From Candidatus Parcubacteria bacterium (GTDB taxonomy: Bacteria > Patescibacteriota > Patescibacteriia > UBA1558 > GWA2-36-10): a stretch of DNA of 64,000 nucleotides. Below, piece after piece: positions 22,231-33,288 of the stretch. Positions within the stretch are counted from its first letter, which is position 1, and each line of letters starts with the position of its first letter. The notes beneath the pieces were generated by a model. The model was not told the DNA's origin, ran no database searches, and was given only the letters and a program-made list of their open reading frames with translations. A program made the translations under genes and the position numbers. The stretch is taken from NCBI GenBank assembly GCA_018669975.1, contig JABHSK010000005.1:57123-121122 (forward strand). The letters run 5' to 3'.

Positions 22231-23895
22231 ATGCGAATTAATAAAAAAATAACTGTTGTGTTTATTTTATTCTTAGCAGTTATTTTTTTGTTGCCAGACG
22301 TAGCGGCTGCACAGAGTGATATCTACGGTGTTAATCAATTGACTAATGCTAATTTAGGTACCAGAAGTCTCCAGGAGATGGTTGTGTCAGTAGTAAATAT
22401 AGTTCTAGGCTTCCTAGGTATATTAGCCACCTTAGTAATTCTCTATGGTGGTTTTATTTGGATGACCTCTGGCGGCAATTCAGATAAAATTGATAAAGCT
22501 AAACGGACTATTATTAACGGCGTGATTGGCTTGGCAATTATCTTATCATCTTTTGCTATTGCTAGATTCGTTCTCAAAGAGGGTTATGAGGGTATATTCG
22601 GCGGCGGCAGTGGAGGTGGTTCTGGCTATGTTGGTGGTGTTGGTTTGGGAGCTAGTGTTTTAGAGAGTCATTATCCGGCTCGTGGTGCTGTAGATATAGC
22701 AAGAAATACCAATATTTTTGTGACTTTCAAAGAGCCCATGAATGATTCTTTCATTACTAATGTAGGTTGTAATTATGTAGATGTGCCAGCTGGCTACACC
22801 TATTGCGTTGATGATAGCCTCTTTGAATATATAAAAATTTTTATCGATGAGATAAATCCAGTACTAATAGATGGTGATAGGATTATGGTTAAATATAATC
22901 CAGCTAACCCAAGGACATTTGAGTTTAATCCATATGGTACAGATGCTAATAATCATCTAGGGAATCCTAATGGTCACGTGCTTTATAAAGTGGTTTTAGA
23001 TAGCCTAGAAACACAGTCTGGAAACCCAGCCTTTAGTTTTGGATTTTATGATTGGAATTTTACAGTTAGCAATGAATTAGATTTGGTTCCACCAGAGGTG
23101 GTTTCAGTCATACCCGATGGTTCAAATAATCCTTATCCTAGGAATAGTGCAGTACAGATAAATTTTTCTGAGGCAGTCAATCCTATTTATGCTACTGGTG
23201 AACATCCAGGCTTAGGACCGCCATTTGTCAATATTACTATGTCTACCACCACCATTATAAATGGTGAATACACTATTGCTAATCAGTATCGGACAGTAGA
23301 ATTTATAACAGATGAACTTTGTGGGCAGAATTCATGTGGTGGCGATGTTTATTGTTTGCCAGGTAATAATACTATTAATGGCCAGGTAACGGACGTTATT
23401 CAAGATATGGCTGGTAATCAATTAGACGGAGCCTTTGGTAATGGTAATGGTATCGGTGGTGAGGGAGTTGGCGATTATGCTATTTGGAATTTTGACACTA
23501 ATAATACTATTGATTTGACGCCACCTAGGATTACTTATATGGATTCAGACAATTCCAATGCAGGTGGCATGTCATTGTCAGCGCCGATTGAAGTCGGATT
23601 TGATAAGACTTTATTGTTTAACTCAGTTAATGGTAATAGTTTAGGTTTATATAAAAATATATTTGGGGATATCAATTTCTGGTTTACAGCCACAACCACA
23701 AACTTGGTTAATGATACTATTTTGATAAACCATGATTTCTTTGAACCTTTAACCAGTTATGCAGTTACTTCAACCTCAGGTATAAAAGATGGTCTACAGA
23801 ATTGTTGGTATCCATGTAATTGTACTGACAATTTAGGTTCTTGTGATTGTGATACAGGTGGAGCTTGCGCAGGTAATTCTTGCCAAACAAACTAA
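22231..23895 (+). CDS. Pilin-anchored surface protein: VirB2/TrbC-like pilin N-terminus plus Ig-like (Big_5-type) domains, Cys-rich C-terminus
   Basis: Signal peptide, then 'VNIVLGFLG...ILYGGFIWMTSGGN.DKIDKAK.TI..GVIGLAIIL' pilin motif; three Ig-like repeats (HYPARGA..IARNT.I.VTF.EPM, PP.VVSV.P...RNSAVQINFSE, PPRI...IEVGFDK). Confidence 0.75.
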   Translation: MRINKKITVVFILFLAVIFLLPDVAAAQSDIYGVNQLTNANLGTRSLQEMVVSVVNIVLGFLGILATLVILYGGFIWMTSGGNSDKIDKAKRTIINGVIGLAIILSSFAIARFVLKEGYEGIFGGGSGGGSGYVGGVGLGASVLESHYPARGAVDIARNTNIFVTFKEPMNDSFITNVGCNYVDVPAGYTYCVDDSLFEYIKIFIDEINPVLIDGDRIMVKYNPANPRTFEFNPYGTDANNHLGNPNGHVLYKVVLDSLETQSGNPAFSFGFYDWNFTVSNELDLVPPEVVSVIPDGSNNPYPRNSAVQINFSEAVNPIYATGEHPGLGPPFVNITMSTTTIINGEYTIANQYRTVEFITDELCGQNSCGGDVYCLPGNNTINGQVTDVIQDMAGNQLDGAFGNGNGIGGEGVGDYAIWNFDTNNTIDLTPPRITYMDSDNSNAGGMSLSAPIEVGFDKTLLFNSVNGNSLGLYKNIFGDINFWFTATTTNLVNDTILINHDFFEPLTSYAVTSTSGIKDGLQNCWYPCNCTDNLGSCDCDTGGACAGNSCQTN

Positions 23896-23920
23896 CATAT
23901 AAAAAATAAAATATATAAAA

Positions 23921-26900
23921 ATGAAAAAAGTTTTATCCATACCAATAGTTACTTTGATACTTGGCTATTTGCAAGTAAATAAAGTTTTGGCTCAGTCGGA
24001 CATTTTAGGTGTCAACGGTATGACCGATACAGTTTTGGGTACGAGAGGGATAGAGGATACAGTGGCCTCAATTATAAATATTGTTCTCGGTCTATTGGGA
24101 ATCATTGCTGTAGTTTTGATAATCTATGGCGGGTTTTTATGGATGACTTCTAAAGGAAATACCGATCAAGTTCAACGCGCTAAAATGGTTATTATTAGTG
24201 CGGTTATTGGTTTGGTGATAATCTTGTCTGCCTATGCTATCACTAGGTTTGTTCTTGGTGCTCTGGAGAATGCTGTAGGTCCTGGTGGAGGAACTCCACA
24301 ACAACAAAACCAAAATCCAGGAGGTGCCCTTTGTCCGCCGCCGTTAAATCCAGGTGCAGTAGAGGTTTGCGATCCATTTCCTTCTGCAGCTACTGTGGGT
24401 AGTGCTTTTACAGTGGGTGCTTGGAATATTGGTCCTTGGGATACCTTAGCTACAAGCTTTGTACAATTTAATGACTTGGCAGGTAATACAGCTGTAGCAG
24501 AAATAGCTAGTTGTGGTGCCAATGGATATTATTGGAATTTACTCTATACAGATATTAACACTGGAGATGATTATTATGAGATTAGAGCTCTAGTGCCAGC
24601 TCTACCAGTATCTTTACCAAATTATGATGTTGAGGTACATAATATTAATTTGGCAAATCCTTTTTACACGCCAGCAATGCAATTTGCTATATTAAGTGGG
24701 TCACCTGCACCAAGTATTTTCTGTATTCAACCTTCACATGCTGCGACTAGTACAGCAGTGTCTATCATTGGTCGTGGTCTAGGAGTAGGTGGGCAGGCTT
24801 TGGATGAGATATTTGTAAATGCTTACCCTGGCGGTGTGCACCAACCACAATTTCCAGTTCCCGGCCCGGTTCCTGGTCCAACTATTACAAATTGGGCGGA
24901 TGATCAAATTGATTTTATAATACCAGACCAACAGATCAGTGGTAATGTTACAGTTCAAGTAGATGATGGTGCGGGTAACTCAGATACCAGTAACCCAGTT
25001 TACTTTATAGTTGATTGCACCAATGATGGTGAGTGTGCTTCTGGTTGTTGTCCTGGTTCACCGGGACCAGGTGTTTATGCCTGTTCTGAGGAAGTGGTTT
25101 GTACGGGTATTAGCTCAGCACCACACATTACGGCTATTAATCCAGATAATGGTACTGATGGAAATATAGTTACAGTATTTGGTTATAATTTTTGTGATGA
25201 CGTTGCCTGTGCTCCAGGTACAGTTTGGTTTACAGATGGCGCAAATAACCCTGTGGCCGGTATCTTACCAAGTACTCTCAATGCGCAGTGTGGAGATTTT
25301 TGGACAGACACGGCTATTATAATTGGTGTACCACCAACAGTTGATACTGGACAAGTGACCATGGAAACTGCTGCTGCAGTAGCCAGTGATAACGCTATTA
25401 CTTTTACTGAAAATAACATAGAATATCCTGGTATTTGTGCACTACAAGATGGTGCAGGTAATCCTATTACTACTGGATTTTTTGATGATGGCATACCAGT
25501 ACATGTGCACGGCATTAGATTTAATAATAACGATAGAATTACTTTTGGCGGATTTTTAGGCTATAATCCTTCCTATCTAGGTTTACCAACAGAAGTGCAG
25601 GCTGATGTGCCAAATTCAGTAGGTATAGCTGATGTAGTAGTGACATCTTCCACTGAAGCAACAATTGTAAGTAATCCTTTTCCATTTTCTGCTTTAGCTG
25701 TAACAGGTGGCTTGCCTACCATTTCAGAAATATCACCAACTAGTACTCGTATAGGAAAATATACTACTATCATGGGTGCTAATTTTGGTACCACACCTGG
25801 TGATGTTGAATTTTGGCAATTAGGAGTACATATAGATGATGGGGAGTTTACTTTCCCAGCGCAGTGTGGCAGCCATTATTGGCAGCATGACAGTATAGTA
25901 GTTAAGCCACCAACAGATTTGATACTTAATGGTGGTAACTACGGAGATTTTGATGTGGTAGTTAGAAGAAGTGGCGACAACGCTACTAGCTTACCGCATC
26001 CTGTAGAAATATTAGCAGGACCTCCTGGGCCAGGCATTTGCTTGATGCAACCAGACAATGGTCCAGCTGGTAAGACTATTAATTTTTATGGTGATAATTT
26101 TAATACCGCAGCTGGTGCTGTAGTATTTCATAATAATGAATTTGCTGATTTAACAAATGCAATTTGGGGTAATCAGCAAGTATTGACTGTGCCTGTACCC
26201 AACAATGCAGCCACTGGTCCAGTATTTATCAGAGACTCAGCGGGCATGGATAGTAATGATTTGATGTTTAGTGTTGGTGCCTGTAGTTCTGATACGCAGT
26301 GTCAAAATAATTTGCAGGGTAATATATGTTGTCCAGATACCAATGGAAATTTTTGTGATAATTATTTAGGCTGTAGCTCAATCAATGAATGTACTTATGG
26401 TTGGCGATTTACCACTGAATCATTATTGCAAGTAGTGGGCTGGGGTCCTGTTTGTGATGATTCATGTATCAACGGTACTGTCTGGGTAGATTTTAATACA
26501 GAAATAGTCGCTGCAGATCTTGATTTTAATAATTTTAGTATTTTAGAATGTACTGACTCAACTTGTCAGAATACTAACCCAGGTAATTTTGTAACTGCGG
26601 CTAGTACATTTACTCAGCCAGCACCAGCAGCTGCAGGTGATCCTTGGGTGGTAAGTTTTACACACAACGCTTTTAATCCAAATACCTACTATCTAGTAGA
26701 GGTAAATCCAAATATTCAAAATACAGACGGTGCCATTTTAGGTAATCCGCATTCCTGGAGTTTTGCCACTGGTGCTAATAACTGTGACGTTGATCATATA
26801 AATGTAGCACCGGCTAGTAGGCCTGCTTATATAGGTGATGTTATACCATTTGGTGCACAAGCTTATTCTCCTCCAAGTAGCTGTTATCCGGCTGGTCAGC

Positions 26901-29900
26901 CAATTGCTTGTGACGCAGCTATCAGCTGTAGTTGGAGTGCTTGGACCAACGATGGCGCCTATACTACTCAGATTCCAACAGGAATACCGGAATCAATGGA
27001 TATATCAGCAGATGCTGTTACACTAGTTGGTGGTACCCAGATAGGAGCTGAGGCAGTACAAGGTGCTAATACATTTAATGACTTTGGTGTTTTGGATATT
27101 ACTGTTGGTCCAAATAGTTTATTGGGGCTTAATCGACAGGCATATGGTCCAACCTGTAGTGATTCATGTTTAAATGGTGACGTTTGGATAGAGTTTGATA
27201 GCGAAGTGACCGTCAATGAAGACGCTGCACACTTTAGTATTTTAGAATGTACAGATTCAACTTGTCAGAATACAGTGGGTCCTAATCAAACTAATAGTAC
27301 AACTCAGCCAGTACCAGCAGCCGTAGGTGATCCTTGGCGCGTAGAATTAAATCATAATAATTTTTCACCAAATACTTATTATCTAGTGACCATAGATGGC
27401 AATATTGCCAATAATATTGGTCCTCTTGTAGGTGGTACCTTTACTTGGAGTTTTGGAGCAGGTGATGCTGCCTGTGATGTGGGCAATCTACTGGTGTCTC
27501 CAGCTATTGCTAATGTTAATATTGGGGATACTGTTCATTATTCTGCTCAACCTTATTCTGCGCCAGGTATTTGTTATCCAAGTGGTCAAGCAATTTCTTG
27601 TGACGCAGCCATTGGCTGTAGTTGGAACGCTTGGACAAATGATGGTGCATATACTACTCAGATTCCAATTGCAGTAGACAATATAGATATTTTAGCTAAT
27701 AATCCAACGCCAGCTGTAGGAACTCCAGTAGGTGTAGGAGTGACTCAAGGTGCTACTACTTTCTCTGGTGTAGGTACTTTGAATATAGGTACCGGAGGAG
27801 CGTCAGTGTTCTCCTCCACTGGACATGGTCCAACTTGTAGTGATTCCTGTATTAATGGTTTGGTGCATGCTGACTTTAACGAAGAGCCAGACTTCCTTCC
27901 TTCCACAAGAATTTATCAGTGTGACGATGCTACCTGTACAGCTACTTCTGGACCAAGTTTATTAGTTGGAACAAATACATATCAACTAATGGTTGGTGGT
28001 GACTGGCGAGTTCGACTTTTTCATACTCCTTTTACACCAGGTGTATCTTATCAAGCTTATGTAGATGGTGGCACTTATCATACCTATGCATCAGGTGATG
28101 CTTATCTAGGCAATGCTTTGATGTGGAGTTTTGGCACAGGCGTAAACAGCTGTGATGTTGATCGTGCAGACATTTATCCTCCAGGTCCAGATCCAATTTT
28201 AAGCACTGTAAATTTAGGAGATAATATTAGTTATTCTGTGGAGACCTATTCCGTGCCAGGTATTTGTTATCCAGGTGGTCAACCAATCGTCTGTGATGCA
28301 TCTATTGGTTGTATCTTATTTTGGAATGCAAACAGTCAACCGGGTGGTTTAGTGAATATAACCACTGCGCAAGATACTGATTCAGTTACTTACAATGCAA
28401 CTACCGTCGGTAATAATGATACGGTAAGGATGAGAGCCGTGCAGAATGCAACACAGTTTCTAGATGCCACTGATGTTGATGTTGTTACTGGCGTGCTTCC
28501 AGGTAGTCCAAATATAGTTGACCATGAGCCAGTAGCACTGCCAGTTTGTATTAATGCTGCGCCAACAGTTGTTTTTGATCAGTTGATGGATTCAGCTAGT
28601 ATTAATAGTAATGTTAAAGTATATAGAACTGGAACTCCGGGACCTAATTGTATTAGTCCTGGTAATCCTACTCTTTGTGAGGTTCCAGGTTCATTTACTC
28701 TTGTAGCAGATTCAGCCATACCAGAGACACGGGCCATATTCAATCCCGATACATATTTGGCTACTTCTACAAATCATTATTTATATGTAGGTCCAAACAC
28801 GCAGAGTTTAGATGGTCAGAGTCTTGGTTGGACTACTGACCTTGCGTTTTCTATGCTGGAAGTAACTGGTGATGGAGTTGTGGATGGACTTGCTTGGATG
28901 TTTCCTACTAATCAAACTGTTTGTCAACTTAGTCATGCGATAATCACGCCAACTTATGATTTCTTTCATTGTTCTTTAGATGATTGTGATGAAAATGATG
29001 TTGCACCGGGTGGTAATAATGAGCATAGATATACTGCTGTAGCCTATGGTGTGGATGGTTCACCGCTAAACGTTTCTAATTATTGGTGGACTAACAGTGA
29101 TCCTTCCATATTTACTATAGACTCTCAGACAACTCAACAGATTATGGGTTGGCCAGGATTTGATAATGGGCATGTTACTTTGTCTGTATCAGCCTGGGAC
29201 AATGACCCAGCTATTACAGGTACCGTTGGAGCAGCAGCAGGTATTGAAATTTTCCTTTGTGAAAATCCATGGCCTAGTGCAAACACCGTGCCTTGGGAGC
29301 CAGGCCCACCACCAAATCCTTATCATTATTCAACCCTATATTGTTTAGATGATGGTGATGGTGGATTCCTACCTTACTTAGATGCAGCTGTATCAGCTAC
29401 TAATCCAAATCCAAATGGTGTTTTAAATGCCGGTGAAAGAATATTTATTATCAACCCATCTAGTTCCATGGGAAGTTTGAATTTAGCTCAATATCAGTTT
29501 GGTAGTTTAGCTTATGGAAGAGAGTTGGATATTGATAATAATTTAAGTGAAAATAAATCGTGGTTTGAGAAAATTAGAACTGCTCTTTGGGGAGATGTTA
29601 AAAAAGCAGAGGGACAGGCCAATGCCTTACCAATGTGTGCGCCAGGTAACCCGACAAATCTACAGGTCAGTAGTGTAGATGACACTCAGGTTACCTTGAC
29701 TTGGGGTAACGCTTCAAGTGGTGTTGGACCCAATGGTGCAGTCACAAACTATAATATGTACCGTAGAGAAATTCCAAATGGTAATTATCCAGGCCCTTTA
29801 CAGGGCACTATAAATGTGCCAGGGCAGAGAATATTTACAGATAATACTGTAGTGACAGATACTATTTATGAATATACCGTGACTGCTGAGGCATCAGCTT

Positions 29901-32900
29901 GTCCTGCAGAAACTTTTCCTGTAGTCAGTACGACTGTTACAGCATCTATTTCACAGCCGCATGTAGATATCATAGGTCTTAGGGTGATGGGCAACGATGA
30001 GCACTTGTCTATTACTGATTGGTATAAACAACATGCACCAAATCCAGAAGTACTTGGTGAGATAAAAGAAATAGATGGCTATGAGGCCATGCAAGTTGGT
30101 AATACCACTTATATAGGTGCTTTGAACATGTCAGGACTTATTTATACAAATGTTTATATAATATCCCACAATATAGGTGCTAGTGGAGACACTCGTGATA
30201 TCTATAAGCAATTTATAGAAAACATGAAGTTCAACACTAACATGCCTAGATTGGAAAATGTCTGTAATGCAGATACATCAATTATTTGTTCTAGTGATTT
30301 TGATTGTCCGGTGGGAGATTATTGTACATCTAGAGATTTAAAAATAAAACGTGATTTACAACGCCTAGGTGACTTGATGAATGTTAAAAACATGGTAGAG
30401 GAATATGGTCAATCACATAAGGCTTGTAGTCATAATAGTGCTATTGCTTGTGTAGATGACTCACCTTGTATTTTAGGAGGAGGCACCTGTGTCTCATATT
30501 ATCCATTGCTTAATGCAGGAACCTTTGTGAATGGTATGAGTAATAGTAATTGGCCATCATGGAATACTACTTTACGTACTATTTTGGGAGAGGAATTACC
30601 AGAAGATCCAATTGGTTTATTTAACGGGTGTCCACCAGGTGCTGACCCTGACACATGTTGGGATGAATTAGTTTCACCACCAGAGTTTACTTGTCCAGCT
30701 GAATCATTGATATATTTTTATAATAATGATGTTAATGTTTCGCAAGGTATAGACTATTTCTTGGGAGCCAATTTTGAGTATGATTCTAGTCCAGCTTTAC
30801 ATTTTGATCCTTCGGGGTTTAATCCGTTGACTTTTGGTTGTGATTTATATAATGGACCAGCTAGTATAACTGGTATTTGGCCAGACCCGGCTTGTCCGGT
30901 ACCACAGGATGGTATGCCACATATTTATTCTAGTTTAGATAGCCTGTGTAGTGTGGCTAGTGTTTATTCTCCAGGTGCAGTCACTATCCCTTCTTGTGGA
31001 AATGGCACCTGGGAACCAGATGGTGTTGATGGTGTGCCAAATACACCTGACGATGAAATATGTGAACCTGGTATGCAGAGAAATTTGTGTATAGAAACAG
31101 TAGTTCCGCTAGGAACGGATTGGTGGGATGCAGGAAACCACATAGGTGGTTGTAATCCTGTCGGCACAGAAGATGCCGGTGGTAATCTAATTGAGTGTAC
31201 TTGGTATGAGCCAGATCCTGCTCTAACGGCAGTAGATTGTGGAGGCTATTGTGGTAATAATACTATAGATCCAGTTGAGTCCTGTGATGGTGCAGCTGGT
31301 TTTGATGGACTTTATACTTGCTACGATCCAGATACCATGACTACTAGTACCCCTGTTTGTAATATTAATGTTTGCCAAGCTTTTTGCCCAACCGGAAACT
31401 TAGCATCCCTCTGTGGAGATGGTGCTTGGGATGCTAGCTATGAACAATGTGATGCCAGTGCTGATCCAAGCGGATTGGTAGGCTGGGATTGTGGTGTGGT
31501 GGCTACTTCAACGGTAGCTTGTAATAATTGTGCTATAGAATGTACTATCGGCGGAACTTTATATAATGGTGTATGTGGTAATGATATTATTGAGTGGCCA
31601 GAAGAATGTGAGCCAGGAATACATATTCCTCCAACAGCAGCGACTTCATCGCCGACTTATCAATATTTATGTGATCCTACTTATTGTGTTTATGATGGTG
31701 GTTATTGCGCAGATGGCATTAATCCTGGACCGTATGATTCAGGCGGCAATACTAATGAAGTGGCCATATTGATAGATGGTAGTGCTTTCTACCAACCAGA
31801 AGAATGTGATGATTTAGAATGGGATATACCACAGAGGCATAATTCAGATCAAGATTATGAATATTTATGTAATTCTTGCGTAATTGAAGGTGGCTATTGT
31901 GGTGACGGCAATCGAGATTCTGCAGCTGGTATTTCTCCTAGTCCACCAGAAGAATGTGATGATGGTAATAATTCTGAGGCAGATGTCTGTACTAATGCCT
32001 GTGAGTGGGGCTGTGAAGATGTGGCAATTGGGCCTTTTCCAAGAGCGCCAATTTTGGCTGGCTACATTTCCTCAAAGAATACCGACGATGGTTTATTGTT
32101 TAACACTACTGATGCCACAGTAGAGCTACACGCTGGAGACTCGGCTACGCTACCTCTAGGTAGTTGTCGTATCAGTGGCGATGTAGTAGTTGATGTGACT
32201 GTGCATGGTAATGATTCATATGCAGGTATAGTATTTGTTGTGGACAGGTCAAGTAGTATGAGTGGTGATATAGCTGCTGCTAAAAATGCGATCGGTTCTG
32301 CTATTGTGACAATATTTGACCGTAATCCAACTGCTCAAATTGCTATCGTTGAGTACGGAGATGACGCTTGGACAAGAATTAATTTTACAGGTTTTGAGCA
32401 GGAGAATTTATTAATTGGTAGTTTTAGGAAAACTGGTGCTATAGGAGGAGCAGTTAACCAAATTAATGCCGATAGGCCTAGTACAGACCACTCTATTGGT
32501 TTAGATAGGGCTTATGGTTTATTTAATGCTACTAGCTTTGAGAATAACATAGTTATTTTTATGACAGATGGGAGTCCAACTGGTGGTGTAACTGGGAACT
32601 GTGTTAATGGTGCTAATGTTGGTGATGCCTACGGTCGGACCTTATGTATAGCTGAAAATGATCTTAAATTTTGTAACAATCCCGCAGTAGACACGTGCGT
32701 AGATATGTTTACAGTAGCCTTTACTTCTAATGTCGGTTTGCAAGGTTTTTTAAACGCCGTTTCTTCTTCAGATTGTGTTTATTCTAATTATGGAAGATCA
32801 ACTACAGGGGGTACTTGCGGTAGTAATGGTATTGAATGTCTAAATACTTTAAATCAACGGGAAGAATGTGATGGTGGTCCAGACTGTATATCATCTGCCT

Positions 32901-33265
32901 TGCCCAACGCTTGTCAATGGTCAGGAGATAGGGTTAATGACAATAGGGCGTATTCTGGTAGTAGTCAAGCGGAGTTGGCTCAGATGTATCAGGATATATC
33001 AGGATCCATCCCTATTAATAATGTTTTACTTGCCTTGGATAATTCGGGTGCTACTACCACATTAAATGATATTGGAGTTACTTTTGATAATTCTTACCGT
33101 ATTCATACCAATGGAATTGCAACTTGCAGTGACGGCTCCACTGTTGATAATGAGCTAAATATTAGTGCTAATTTTACAGGTAATATAAATGCTTATCTAG
33201 AATTGAGCAATCCAGTTTATGAATTCTGCCATTGGTATAACTGTCCCTGGTGTTTTAATAACTAA
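23921..33265 (+). CDS. Giant (3114 aa) pilin-anchored adhesin-like protein with IPT/TIG, Ig-like, Fn3, Cys-rich repeats and a vWA domain
   Basis: Uninterrupted 9.3-kb ORF; N-terminal VirB2-like pilin motif; IPT/TIG repeats (P.I..I.P..G..G..VT..G.NF); three ~230-aa internal repeats; Fn3 (PTNLQVSS...VTLTW...YEYTVTA); CG[DN]G...E.CD repeats; vWA MIDAS (VVDRSSSM...MTDG). Confidence 0.85.
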   Translation: MKKVLSIPIVTLILGYLQVNKVLAQSDILGVNGMTDTVLGTRGIEDTVASIINIVLGLLGIIAVVLIIYGGFLWMTSKGNTDQVQRAKMVIISAVIGLVIILSAYAITRFVLGALENAVGPGGGTPQQQNQNPGGALCPPPLNPGAVEVCDPFPSAATVGSAFTVGAWNIGPWDTLATSFVQFNDLAGNTAVAEIASCGANGYYWNLLYTDINTGDDYYEIRALVPALPVSLPNYDVEVHNINLANPFYTPAMQFAILSGSPAPSIFCIQPSHAATSTAVSIIGRGLGVGGQALDEIFVNAYPGGVHQPQFPVPGPVPGPTITNWADDQIDFIIPDQQISGNVTVQVDDGAGNSDTSNPVYFIVDCTNDGECASGCCPGSPGPGVYACSEEVVCTGISSAPHITAINPDNGTDGNIVTVFGYNFCDDVACAPGTVWFTDGANNPVAGILPSTLNAQCGDFWTDTAIIIGVPPTVDTGQVTMETAAAVASDNAITFTENNIEYPGICALQDGAGNPITTGFFDDGIPVHVHGIRFNNNDRITFGGFLGYNPSYLGLPTEVQADVPNSVGIADVVVTSSTEATIVSNPFPFSALAVTGGLPTISEISPTSTRIGKYTTIMGANFGTTPGDVEFWQLGVHIDDGEFTFPAQCGSHYWQHDSIVVKPPTDLILNGGNYGDFDVVVRRSGDNATSLPHPVEILAGPPGPGICLMQPDNGPAGKTINFYGDNFNTAAGAVVFHNNEFADLTNAIWGNQQVLTVPVPNNAATGPVFIRDSAGMDSNDLMFSVGACSSDTQCQNNLQGNICCPDTNGNFCDNYLGCSSINECTYGWRFTTESLLQVVGWGPVCDDSCINGTVWVDFNTEIVAADLDFNNFSILECTDSTCQNTNPGNFVTAASTFTQPAPAAAGDPWVVSFTHNAFNPNTYYLVEVNPNIQNTDGAILGNPHSWSFATGANNCDVDHINVAPASRPAYIGDVIPFGAQAYSPPSSCYPAGQPIACDAAISCSWSAWTNDGAYTTQIPTGIPESMDISADAVTLVGGTQIGAEAVQGANTFNDFGVLDITVGPNSLLGLNRQAYGPTCSDSCLNGDVWIEFDSEVTVNEDAAHFSILECTDSTCQNTVGPNQTNSTTQPVPAAVGDPWRVELNHNNFSPNTYYLVTIDGNIANNIGPLVGGTFTWSFGAGDAACDVGNLLVSPAIANVNIGDTVHYSAQPYSAPGICYPSGQAISCDAAIGCSWNAWTNDGAYTTQIPIAVDNIDILANNPTPAVGTPVGVGVTQGATTFSGVGTLNIGTGGASVFSSTGHGPTCSDSCINGLVHADFNEEPDFLPSTRIYQCDDATCTATSGPSLLVGTNTYQLMVGGDWRVRLFHTPFTPGVSYQAYVDGGTYHTYASGDAYLGNALMWSFGTGVNSCDVDRADIYPPGPDPILSTVNLGDNISYSVETYSVPGICYPGGQPIVCDASIGCILFWNANSQPGGLVNITTAQDTDSVTYNATTVGNNDTVRMRAVQNATQFLDATDVDVVTGVLPGSPNIVDHEPVALPVCINAAPTVVFDQLMDSASINSNVKVYRTGTPGPNCISPGNPTLCEVPGSFTLVADSAIPETRAIFNPDTYLATSTNHYLYVGPNTQSLDGQSLGWTTDLAFSMLEVTGDGVVDGLAWMFPTNQTVCQLSHAIITPTYDFFHCSLDDCDENDVAPGGNNEHRYTAVAYGVDGSPLNVSNYWWTNSDPSIFTIDSQTTQQIMGWPGFDNGHVTLSVSAWDNDPAITGTVGAAAGIEIFLCENPWPSANTVPWEPGPPPNPYHYSTLYCLDDGDGGFLPYLDAAVSATNPNPNGVLNAGERIFIINPSSSMGSLNLAQYQFGSLAYGRELDIDNNLSENKSWFEKIRTALWGDVKKAEGQANALPMCAPGNPTNLQVSSVDDTQVTLTWGNASSGVGPNGAVTNYNMYRREIPNGNYPGPLQGTINVPGQRIFTDNTVVTDTIYEYTVTAEASACPAETFPVVSTTVTASISQPHVDIIGLRVMGNDEHLSITDWYKQHAPNPEVLGEIKEIDGYEAMQVGNTTYIGALNMSGLIYTNVYIISHNIGASGDTRDIYKQFIENMKFNTNMPRLENVCNADTSIICSSDFDCPVGDYCTSRDLKIKRDLQRLGDLMNVKNMVEEYGQSHKACSHNSAIACVDDSPCILGGGTCVSYYPLLNAGTFVNGMSNSNWPSWNTTLRTILGEELPEDPIGLFNGCPPGADPDTCWDELVSPPEFTCPAESLIYFYNNDVNVSQGIDYFLGANFEYDSSPALHFDPSGFNPLTFGCDLYNGPASITGIWPDPACPVPQDGMPHIYSSLDSLCSVASVYSPGAVTIPSCGNGTWEPDGVDGVPNTPDDEICEPGMQRNLCIETVVPLGTDWWDAGNHIGGCNPVGTEDAGGNLIECTWYEPDPALTAVDCGGYCGNNTIDPVESCDGAAGFDGLYTCYDPDTMTTSTPVCNINVCQAFCPTGNLASLCGDGAWDASYEQCDASADPSGLVGWDCGVVATSTVACNNCAIECTIGGTLYNGVCGNDIIEWPEECEPGIHIPPTAATSSPTYQYLCDPTYCVYDGGYCADGINPGPYDSGGNTNEVAILIDGSAFYQPEECDDLEWDIPQRHNSDQDYEYLCNSCVIEGGYCGDGNRDSAAGISPSPPEECDDGNNSEADVCTNACEWGCEDVAIGPFPRAPILAGYISSKNTDDGLLFNTTDATVELHAGDSATLPLGSCRISGDVVVDVTVHGNDSYAGIVFVVDRSSSMSGDIAAAKNAIGSAIVTIFDRNPTAQIAIVEYGDDAWTRINFTGFEQENLLIGSFRKTGAIGGAVNQINADRPSTDHSIGLDRAYGLFNATSFENNIVIFMTDGSPTGGVTGNCVNGANVGDAYGRTLCIAENDLKFCNNPAVDTCVDMFTVAFTSNVGLQGFLNAVSSSDCVYSNYGRSTTGGTCGSNGIECLNTLNQREECDGGPDCISSALPNACQWSGDRVNDNRAYSGSSQAELAQMYQDISGSIPINNVLLALDNSGATTTLNDIGVTFDNSYRIHTNGIATCSDGSTVDNELNISANFTGNINAYLELSNPVYEFCHWYNCPWCFNN
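26444..28500 (+). repeat. Three tandem ~230-codon internal repeats in the giant protein
   Basis: GP(V/T)C(D/S)DSC(I/L)NG starts at 26444, 27146 and 27827; units 1 and 2 share near-identical DNA (e.g. TTTTAGAATGTAC.GA.TCAACTTGTCAGAATAC). Confidence 0.85.
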
Positions 33266-33288
33266 AACTTATAAATATATAATTTAGT

